Origin: Dicyema japonicum
Lineage: Eukaryota; Animalia; Dicyemida
DNA length: 64,000 nucleotides
Assembly: GCA_011109175.1 (NCBI GenBank)
Contig: RDEW01000082.1
Span: forward strand, 67,876 to 131,875
Reading direction: 5' to 3'
The notes under the pieces are model-generated. The model had not been told where the DNA came from. It saw nothing but the letters and a program-made list of their open reading frames with translations, and did no database searches. The translations under genes and the position numbers were made by a program. How positions within the stretch are numbered: the stretch's first letter is position 1; the number at the start of each line of letters is the position of its first letter. This document shows positions 54,923 through 64,000 of this stretch, piece after piece.

Positions 54923-55132
54923 CTTTCCAGATACACATTTTTAGTGAATTTTACTGCATTTTGAACTCGGCATTTATATTAATGGGCCTATAGAACTAAT
55001 GACTTTTTCTAACTCTTCTTTTAGAGACTTTCCAGAAACACATTTTTAGTGAATTTTACTGCATTTTGAACTCGGCATTTATATTAATGGGCCTATAGAA
55101 CTAATGACTTTTTCTAACTCTTCTTTTAGAGA
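54923..55132. repeat. Near-perfect 2 x 105-bp tandem duplication
   Basis: Units start at 54923 and 55028. Confidence 0.9.
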
Positions 55133-55318
55133 ACAAACGAGACATGGGCTCGTCAGAGTTAACCTGCTGTATTTTTGAATATTAATGCTCGAATAGGTTC
55201 GGAATTTCTTTTAAATATATAATACGCCCATCTTGTTTTTGCGACAATTGTAATTTTTCAGATTTACTTCCGATCAATCTGTGATAGAATTTCACTCTGT
55301 TATAGGTTTTTTCTATAT

Positions 55319-55499
55319 AATTCACTGTACTGAGCTATCGATAAATTATTGTTAACTTTTTTTAATTTTGACTCAAGCTAAGGCACAGCATACTTAAATC
55401 GACACAAAAATTCACTGTACTGAGCTATCGATAAATTATTGTTAACTTTTTTTAATTTTGACTCAAGCTAAGGCACAGCATACTTAAATCGACACAAAA
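55319..55499. repeat. 2 x 90-bp tandem duplication
   Basis: aattcactgtactgagc.. repeats at a 90-nt period. Confidence 0.9.
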
Positions 55500-55904
55500 T
55501 CATATTCGATCAAGTCAACGGCACCTACGTTTCGAGTTATTAGGTTTTGGAAAGTAAATCCAATTTCGATTGTTTTTAATCATAATTTTCCGATGATCAG
55601 TGAGAAACGTTAATTCATGGTTGATATCTGTTTTAGTTGATTTTAGAACTCGTCCGATATTACATTATGACTTTCATTTGGGGCAGACCTCTGGCTTAGG
55701 GAACCTCTATTTTTGGGGAAACCTCTGTTTTAGGATTCTTTCCTTGTGAGGGAAAATTGAATCCATTATTAGTGGGGAAATTTAAATCTCCACACTGTAT
55801 AAAAAACTTTAACCCTAAGAACATGGATTTTTCTATTCATTATCCAAAAATTCTTGGATGACACCAGAAATATTTATTACTTGGCTCACCATTACAAATG
55901 ATTA

Positions 55905-56060
55905 AGCGATCCGATTCCCTAGACGACGCAAGAATTCCAGCGTTGCAGGTGCAAGGGAACCAAACGTCTCAACGGCGAGTGGAACAAACAAATAATCCTT
56001 GGGTAGGACCGCGTACTTTTCCATTTCATCTTCTCGGCCTTCTCAGCGGCAGAACACGCT
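55905..56060 (-). mobile_element. CRE-clade RLE fragment
   Basis: AAEKAEK..KYAVLPKDYLFVPLAVETFGSLAPATLEFLRRLG. Confidence 0.75.
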
Positions 56061-56559
56061 CAATATAAGACAAATTATTTTCGTGTAATAGAATAAAAAA
56101 CAAAATAACAGATACTTTCGTGTAATGGAATAAAAATTTTTTTTCTGTTTAAAAAAATAAAATTAATTGAAAACATGCTTTAATGTTCATAAAAATACTT
56201 TACTTTTTAATAAAATTCTCCCCCATAGTTAATAAATAATATTTTATTGTTAATAAATTTTTAGATTTAAAAATAAAATTAATGGAAAATACGTTAAAAC
56301 TGTTAAAGTTTTTATAAAAATGAAGAAAATGTCGAACCTCCATTTTTGGGGGAAACGTCTGTTTTTAGGGCAATTTTTCAAAATGGATGCCCCAAATGGA
56401 AGCTATATTGTGTTTTTTTCCTGATCAACTGATATTCTAGTGGCTGGTATCTGTTGGTCACATGCTTTCACTTTTTACTCATCGTTGTCGATTAGTTGAT
56501 GCCAATAAGTGCCAAATAAATCCTTAGCTAATAAAAATTTATTTAACCCCAAGACTACC

Positions 56560-57090
56560 AAAAAGATAGGTCAAAAATAAACTTATTAGGTGATCCCAGC
56601 CTCCAACAACATCCGAACTCTCTTTATCTGGTCTTCTGATGATCCAACCGCATTCCGGAAGCGCCTTCTCTTCCTTCTGCATAGAAATTCAATCGGCGTG
56701 CACTTTTTTTATAACCGACCGAAATTCCTCTGCATGGGCTACCTTTTCCTTGAGTGGGTTTCTCAGTTCCTTGCAGAAACGTAGGAAACCCTGGCCATTC
56801 TTCAACGCCGCCTCTTCTTAAAGTAGATTGGGGACGGACGTGGAGTCTGATTGTATGTGCCTCATGATCTTCAGTCTGAGAGAATTCACACGTTCCACCC
56901 TCGTAGAAGGAATGGAAAATCTCCAGGCAGAATAGGCATATTCAATCGTCGGCGCAATAACTTGGAAATAAAATTTGCTGATACAAGCAGTAGGAGGGAA
57001 GGGGCTCTTCTTTACGATGGCTTTTAGGACATTAAAAATTAAAATATATTTTTGTAAAATTAAATAAAAAATTATTTTAATGAATTTAGT
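56560..57090 (-). mobile_element. LINE 3' fragment, same family as 29830-30380
   Basis: Direct DNA similarity to 29830-30300 and to 38747-39070. Confidence 0.8.
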
Positions 57091-57356
57091 TTAAAGTAAT
57101 CTTACAAAAAGTGACCACATGTTAAGAAACAGAAAAATAGTTTTAATTTGTGAAAATAAATACCAATAATCAATTAGAAAAGTTATTACAAAATATTAGC
57201 AAACACTTACTTTAAAGTCAATTAAATACAAAAGTGATTAATTAGCGGCAATTTAAAGAAATTATCAAAACTTAATAATCCTTAGAAAAAATAGTTTTTT
57301 CAAATGTGAATTAAGTGGACTATAAATTGAATGTTTTCAGAAAATACTAATTTAAT

Positions 57357-57800
57357 ATGAACAGCAAACATCACCAAACCTATGATGGACACTTCAACAA
57401 TCTATCAAATCAACAAAATCATATCTACGTGAGGGGAGTTGCCTCTTTGGCTTTGGCTAGAGAAAGAAGAGTTTTTGCAGATGTGAAGCCCCCATATTCT
57501 TACATTGCATTGATCACTATGATTATTGAATCATCACCCGCAGAAATGCTCACTTTGGATGAGATCTATCAACTGATCGCCCACTACTTTCCCTACTACA
57601 GAAACCAGGGGAACAAATGGAAGAACTCAATAAGACACAACTTGTCTCTCAACGACTGTTTTGTCAAAATATCATCGAAACAGAATGTCCATTCAAAAAA
57701 GAATCTTTGGGCCATTCATCCACAATGCAAGGACATGTTCTCCCAGGGATCCTTTCTTAGAAGACCCAGTCGATTTAAACTAATGAATAAACATTTTTAA
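57357..57800 (+). CDS. Forkhead-box transcription factor, FoxA/FoxB-type, intronless
   Basis: [65 protein letters not shown]. The subclass cannot be resolved by eye. Confidence 0.92.
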   Translation: MNSKHHQTYDGHFNNLSNQQNHIYVRGVASLALARERRVFADVKPPYSYIALITMIIESSPAEMLTLDEIYQLIAHYFPYYRNQGNKWKNSIRHNLSLNDCFVKISSKQNVHSKKNLWAIHPQCKDMFSQGSFLRRPSRFKLMNKHF

Positions 57801-58929
57801 TTTTCCATAATTTATCTCGTTTTTATTAATATCCGTTGGTGCCTTTCTTAATAAAAAAAAACTAGAGACTTTTGGTAGAGAATTAACACGTGGACGTTTG
57901 TACCGATGATAGGAATCACAAGATTGTTTTATTAGGTGATTAGTATGGGACTTTTCAAGTAGGCTGAATATTTAGTGGATCGATTATTATAGAGTAGCAC
58001 TTTCATCAAAGCAAGTTTTAGAAATTATTTAATACACTTAAGTGTGAAATTTCATACATTATTATTGAATTTTACAAAGCATTTAAAAACCTTAATAGCT
58101 TTGATGTCTCTTCTTAAAGATCCATCTCAAACATGGATCTTGGATCAAATTTGAAACTACAAGCTCATTACTCAAATGTGTCCATAATGACGGAGAGAAC
58201 AGTACTATCTCCATTTAGAAGTAACTAAAGGGGTCATAAATATTTGTACTATTTGATCGTGAAAAAATCCTTGTGATAGTCCAATGGATTGGTAAATTTT
58301 ATGATTTTTTGTTCATACTAACTATAACTAGCAGGTGGATACAGGGCCCAACGTTGTTTCTTCTGCTTCTCTGTCATTGTCTTAGTAATGTCCTATTGTT
58401 ACTTTTTGGGTAATTTTTACTCTCAAAATTAACTAATCATGTTAAGTTTTTTTCGACGATATTTGTGAACTTTACATTCACATAAAGTCGTAAAAATAGT
58501 TTTAACAAATAATAACACCAGATACCAAGGTTACAAAAACTAACTAATCACGTGTTCACAGCACACTCTAGGAGAGACCTCAACTTGGCCCGATGCTCTT
58601 CCCTCGACCCCACACAAGCACGCATTGGCCTAATGACTAGGTCATCGTAGTCACGACGGCGCGTTCCACTGTTCATGCGTATCATGGATTCTAGAGGCAT
58701 TGGAGGTTTGAACTCTCCAGAAATCCATCGTTCCGAAATTTTGGAGGTTCTTTTTCGGCTACCCTCGATTTTCAAGACGTGAATGCACTTTGATCATAAC
58801 AAACACTTAAATCACTTTATTGTTAATAAATAGATTGTTAAGCAAAAAAAGTTAAAACGGACAAATGTCAATTTGAGCTAATCATAGGAATTACTAAGAT
58901 TCTCCAATAAATTAAAAAACTTGGTCCTT

Positions 58930-59560
58930 TCCTAAAAGGCGCTGTTGAAGAAATCATAAGATGGCTGTCTATGCTGATGACATAGTACTCTGGAATCAGT
59001 AGTGGAGACAAGATGTGGCGTGTCGAAAAATGCAAAGCGATGTTAATGAAATCATACGCTGGTGTGATAGCAGAGGAATCAGGCCTGAAAAGTGCAGGTT
59101 ATTGGTCTTGGCTGCCCTAAGCAATCAAATGATATAATACATAGAGAGACCTTCTATGAAGTTCCTATAGAGGTCACTGGGCGGACGAGGTACCTTGGAG
59201 TGACTTTCAACTCNGCTGGTGTGATAGCAGAGAAATCAGGCCTGAAAAATGCAGGTTATTGGTCTTGGCTGCCCTAAGCAATCAAATGATATAATACATA
59301 GAGAGACCTTCTATGAAGTTCCTATAGAGGTCACTGGGCGGACGAGGTACCTTGGAGTGACTATCAACTCCAAGTGTAGTTCCAGCAGCACACTGCCCTT
59401 GTTAAGAGGCGGGCTAAGCGAAGATAGAGTGCAATGAGGGGTTTTCAGCTGAGCCGTGATTACTGGGCCAAAGTGTTCAATACCATGGACGGTAAACAGA
59501 CTTCAAGGATCCAGAGGAGGTCATTAAAAGGATATTCTGCAAATAAATGACAGGATATGG
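58930..59560 (+). mobile_element. LINE RT fragment containing a 157-bp duplication
   Basis: AVYADDIVL and RYLGVTINSK. Confidence 0.7.
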
Positions 59561-60214
59561 AATAATAACTGCCGAAATGATTCAAATTTCGATAAAAACA
59601 AGAAAAACAACGAAGAATGAAAAATTCGTAGTTAAAAGTCTACTGCTGTGGATAACGGTTTCCCTGCACCCTACCAGTTTCATCCCCATATCCCCAGTGA
59701 ATCATCCCCTTGTATCCGCACAAGAACAGAAAAATATTCCACATTGAATGACACATGATATTGTTTGGTTATAGACGAAGTGCTTCTCTTGCAATAATGT
59801 CTTTTCACGTTCAATATCTTCCACCTCGTTCTCTCTTGGCACCCTAAATACAGGAGGGCTCAAACATATGTATAAAAAACTTTAGCTCTCACATCAATAT
59901 GTATCGAATAGATTCACACATAAAAATGTTCAATATTAAATGACACATTAATATATTGACTAGTCAGAATAATGTAGAGAATGCACATACAATGAATTAT
60001 CAAAATTTTCTTGGAGAACATTTTGACAAGAGTCTTCCAGCACTATTCAACGACCCGAACAAAATTATATTTGATTCAACAATAATACTAGAGAAATGAA
60101 AATAGTCCAACACCAAGAACCTGTCGACGTGTCAATTTTTAAATAGGCTTACCATTTAATAAATCATTTTTTTAAATAATTAATTTTTTTTTTTTAACAA
60201 AATTTTTTTTTAAA

Positions 60215-60400
60215 CAATTAAACAAATGTCAGTTGAGGAAGCCTGCTGCGTGGATTGCGAACGAGTTCCCTCGGAGTATGGCTATTCCGATCTTTTGTCT
60301 TAGCCATAACCCTTCTCGTTGATCCCTTTTCTTTCTGGCACGCAATCTTCCGAGTTCTTGCAAGAATTCAGCCGTCATTGGACCAACGGCTATTTTAAAG
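60215..60400 (-). mobile_element. CRE-clade 3' end
   Basis: AVGPMTAEFLQELGRL..WLRQKIGIAILRGNSFAIHAAGFLN*. Confidence 0.85.
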
Positions 60401-61149
60401 TTAAATCATTATTATCAAAGAAAATCAATTGTAATTCATTAACACTAATATGCAAGCTGAATTCTTCTAATAATAATTCTCCTCTGGACATTGGCCTTTA
60501 ATATGCAAGTTAATTCTCCTCCTCTTTTGGGCATCACCATCACTGTTCCCCTCGTATACCACTCGAGAGAGCGAATCACTCTCCTGGGTCCTCTTCGACG
60601 TCACCTCCGAATTCAGAGTCTCTTGAGATGATGATTAGTCTCCCGTGTAACTTTATCATTATTGTTTATCTTCCATATATGGAAATTTCTGTTTTTGGTA
60701 AGCTGTTCTCTGAGCCTCCCGATCCGATTAAAGCATCTCAACTTTTCTGGCCCACGCGAGTCTCTTTATTAGGTTTTACATTCAATAGTTTTCTAACGCC
60801 GAGTACACTTTTATGAGTGGAGAAACAAGCATTTAATCGCTGGGCGATGAGACTCCATCAACCCTGAGGGATTCTCCCGAATCTCCTTTTCGCAGAGTTG
60901 GCAACCATTGAGATCTACTTGATCTTGTCATTTGATCGAATCCAAGTGATTAAGGAGATGAACATGAACTTTTCCCACAAGAGATCGTACGTTAGTTCCA
61001 TTGGCATCATGTAGTCCTGAAGACACACTTCTCACTTCTAATTGTTTCCCATCTCCAATATTCTCTCTAAGACGGCCCTCAGGATTTGTTTTGCAAACTG
61101 GTTAGATAAAATTGCAACAAATCAGCAAAAATATCGCCTATTTTTTAAA

Positions 61150-62850
61150 TTAATTAATGAAATATTCAACCAATAACCGATTGGGGGAACCAACCATCTG
61201 ATTCGTTCTGTTATTCATCCCCCAATACATATCTTTACCGATTGCAAATTTGTCGACGCTATCTCCAGAAGTAAAAGACACGTGGCTAAAATACAAACTG
61301 GTGTAATTAAATTTAACAGTAGAAGACTTGTTTAAATCGAAAAATACCGGCGAACTCTCCGCGAAAGGTTTAGGAAATATCCCCACAGAATCAGCGATTT
61401 CCCCTTTCATCCAATCTTTATCTACCTCTTCTATGACTTTGATCACATTTCCATCTCTAATATTTAAATCGTCTTCCTCTTCTCCCCCAAAATCGTGGAG
61501 AACAAGTAAAAACTCTAAAAATTCAACGATGACTCACTTGTTTCCTCTTCTAAATAATCAAAGAAGCTCAGATGGTTGACTTTGCGCACACACGACTTGG
61601 GGAACTAACCAATCTCAACTAATGCCACAAATTACCTGGTCCTTGATTGTCCTGACCCACCAAAAAGATTCATCGCTTTCCTTATCAAGCAGCTCGAATC
61701 TTTCCCCCTTTTTGAAGGATATATGGTTGGGTTTCAACTTCTCAAATTCTCTCATAGCCTCTACCATTATATTCGCCTCCTGAACGGTCTTCACTTCATA
61801 ATTGTCTTCATTTAACTTGTATTCATTATCAGGAAATCTAATATTAGGCTGAGTCTCATCAATTGATTCTCCCAACGTGGTTTCAGGTTTGAGAAAAGAC
61901 TGATTTTTTGATTCTTCGTGAATTTTTTTGTCCATTCTTACTTTGATTACTTCGAGGATTCCATCAATGTTAATAAGTTGCTGCATCGATTTTGCTATTC
62001 CTTCCAAATTTGGGGAATTTACTATGCCAGCATTCTCTAGTTCTAATTGAAGTCTCTACAACGATACACTCAATTCCCATAAATGATGTCCAAGTTATAT
62101 ATATTATACTAATAAATATTTTTGGAAAAAAGTATTTTATTCAATTAATCTGTTATTAATTCCATTTACCCTTTCCCAAAAACTGTTGTAATATGAGGAT
62201 AAATTCTAATTCCCATAAATGATGTCAAAGTTATATATATTATACTAATAAATATTTTAGGAAAAAAGTATTTTATTCAATTAATCTGTTATTAATTCCA
62301 TTTACCCTTTCCCAAAAACTGTTGTAATATGAGGATAAATTCTTTTTTGTATACACCTGTTCAAACTCTTTTTACTGATCGAGGTGATCTTAATCAAAAC
62401 TTTGTAAAGTCTTTTAATTTGATTAAATAGACTTTCGTTCATAAAAACCTTGCGACTTTTCATATCTGTATTAGTTGATACCATAATAGGGGAAATTAAA
62501 ATATAGATTTACTTGTGTATTATATATATAACTTGAGGTGATCTCAATCAAAACTTTGTAAAGTCTTTTAATTTGATTAAATAGACTTTCGTTCATAAAA
62601 ACCTTGCGACTTCTCATATCTGTATTAGTTGATACCATAATAGGGGAAATTAAGATATATATTTACTTGTGTATTATATATATAACTTGGACATCATTTA
62701 TGGGAATTGGGTCATCATTTATGGGATTGAGTGTAACACAAGTAAACAACTTTGACCTCATCCTTGAGAAGGTTTAGTTCCGTTTCCAACCTTTCCTTTT
62801 GCCACAATGTTGCAGGCAATTGCTCATTTGCAGTATTTATCTTGACTATA
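61150..62850 (-). CDS. Coiled-coil plus three SH3-like domain adaptor, possibly pseudogenised
   Basis: ERLETELNLLKDEVK-RLQLELE coiled coil, then SH3 motifs AMREFEKLKPNHISFKKGE..FWWVR, VLHDFGGEEEDDLNIRDG..WMKGE..GIFP and VKFNY..VSFTSGD..YWG. Micro-introns of 22 and 23 nt, an in-frame TAG at 61605-61607, and an unresolved 5' end. Confidence 0.7.
62067..62733. mobile_element. MITE with long TIRs and a TA duplication, inside an SH3-gene intron
   Basis: Ends CACTCAAT(T)CCCATAAATGATG in inverted orientation, with TA on both sides. Contains internal ~136-bp and 154-bp tandem duplications. Confidence 0.8.
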
Positions 62851-62861
62851 ACTCTACATTC

Positions 62862-63260
62862 TATAAATTCCTGGCCAAACCACATCTCAAACAAACACCT
62901 CTATCCCCATTACAATATCCACCCATTGGAGGGAGAAATAAGAAGTAACAGATGGGGCTTATTTGATCACATCTTAAGAGTGGACAGGAAATCTCCCGCT
63001 AATCTCGCGATGGAACACCACTATGCTCCTTATCCGCGATCGACTTTCAGGGGAAGACTACGAATTACTCTACCAACCCTTCTACATCAAGACCTAACTT
63101 CAATTGGGAAAGGGTTGACGTCGGCAGATGATCTTGAGCACCTGAGGGACCTATCGAGGAACAGAGGGAACTGGAAGCGATTAACAAAACGCATCCAGGA
63201 GAGGGTGGCACAAGCGAGATAACTTTACTAACGTTGTTTTGTGGTGTGCTTATTAATAAT
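62862..63260 (+). mobile_element. 5'-truncated RTE LINE with (TAA)n tail
   Basis: WPNHISNKHLY..RWGLFDHILR..RGRLRITLP. Probable TSD ATAACTCT on both flanks. Confidence 0.85.
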
Positions 63261-63384
63261 AATAACTCTCACAATCTCTTTTTAGGGTTGTGTCATCTTG
63301 AAGTCATTATTTGATTGAGTAGAAACTGTAAATGTCGTAGATGAGGTCTTTTTATAATAATCAATCATCGGAGTAGAAGTTTGA

Positions 63385-63600
63385 TAATCAGGAAATCTTT
63401 GTGGTGTTAAATCCCCACTTCCTAGATAAATGAGAATCCTTGAGAAGTAGGAAATCCTTGTGGAGTTACATCTCCCATTTCTGATATAGATGGGAATCCT
63501 TCAGAAACTAGAAATACATGCGGAGTGAAATTTATCGTACCAGGATTAGATGAGAATCCTTGAGTAGCGGGAATTCCTAGTGGAGTTGCATCTACCGAGT
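63385..63600 (-). repeat. Diverged 60-bp tandem repeat (3-4 units)
   Basis: g(a/g)gaatcctt recurs at 63432, 63492 and 63552. The minus strand reads 20-aa units such as TPQGFPTSQGFS. Confidence 0.7.
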
Positions 63601-63700
63601 GGCTAAATGATCAATCGACATGCTCCTTGACTTACAATGGGGACATGCATTTGTTGATCGACCCCAAAAAATGTTTATGTCTTCCTCCTCGGCGATGGAG
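63600..63700 (-). mobile_element. R4-like LINE zinc-knuckle fragment
   Basis: ACPHCKSRSMSIDHLATR. Confidence 0.5.
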
Positions 63701-64000
63701 TGGAGCTCCACGGCTGTTAGAGCATACATCGATAAAAAGAAATTTATTTGTACCGAAACAAACACCCTCACAAACAAATATAAATATTAATAAATTTTAT
63801 TTAATTTTTTAATTTTATGGTTAACCATATCACAATTAACATTTACACGTTTTATATCGAATTGTTGTGCATCTCTATCTTTTGTTTTGGTTTTGTTGCA
63901 GTTTTTACAGTCTAATTTAACGATTGGACAACCTTGTTCTGCTATATAATTTGAGATGCGATTGGGTGCCTCGTACATTTGTTAACCATTATTCACCCCC

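Noticed and set aside
54923-55499. Exact 105-bp and 90-bp doublets considered as a CRISPR-like array or a duplication mechanism
   Set aside because: Only two units each, no spacers, and a eukaryotic context. They may be gap-filling artefacts like the 157-bp case.
56022-56045. CTTCTCGGCCTT, resembling the U2 snRNA 5' end
   Set aside because: The match is 12 nt only and lies within a CRE coding fragment on the other strand.
59058-59370. 2 x 157-bp tandem duplication within an RT fragment
   Set aside because: The ORF track shows an ambiguous codon (X) exactly at the junction, which is typical of overlapping contigs joined by a single N. Probably an assembly artefact.

Overview
AT-rich animal nuclear DNA in which small islands of host genes sit among decayed transposons: CRE-, RTE-, R4-like and APE-type LINEs, plus hAT, MULE, pogo and Merlin DNA transposons and a MITE. 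There are no prokaryotic features and no CRISPR array. Almost every intron I could reconstruct by hand is only 19-27 nt long (one is 31 nt), so the ORF track breaks up all real genes. With a ciliary gene (BBS8) and a Fox gene present, this fits a dicyemid-like mesozoan parasite (inference only). Spliced host genes: a TspO-like membrane protein, BBS8/TTC8 head-to-head with NDUFS2, a probable Rrn11/TAF1A, SmE, a FoxA/B-type forkhead gene, a damaged multi-SH3 gene, and tRNA-Ala(AGC) with a pseudogene copy. The best candidate for an undescribed system is four paralogous micro-intron genes, each encoding a type I surface receptor (signal peptide, two C-type-lectin-like domains without Ca/sugar motifs, stalk, TM helix, short tail). 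They travel with a conserved upstream block and show patchwork, gene-conversion-like sequence exchange. Other oddities are GT-GG, GT-TG and GC-AG micro-introns in BBS8, a MITE inside a 26-nt intron, and C-to-G skew inversions within genes. The assembly probably has single-base homopolymer deletions and join artefacts. All family calls are motif recognition by eye, not database searches, and transposon boundaries are approximate unless a TIR or TSD is cited.
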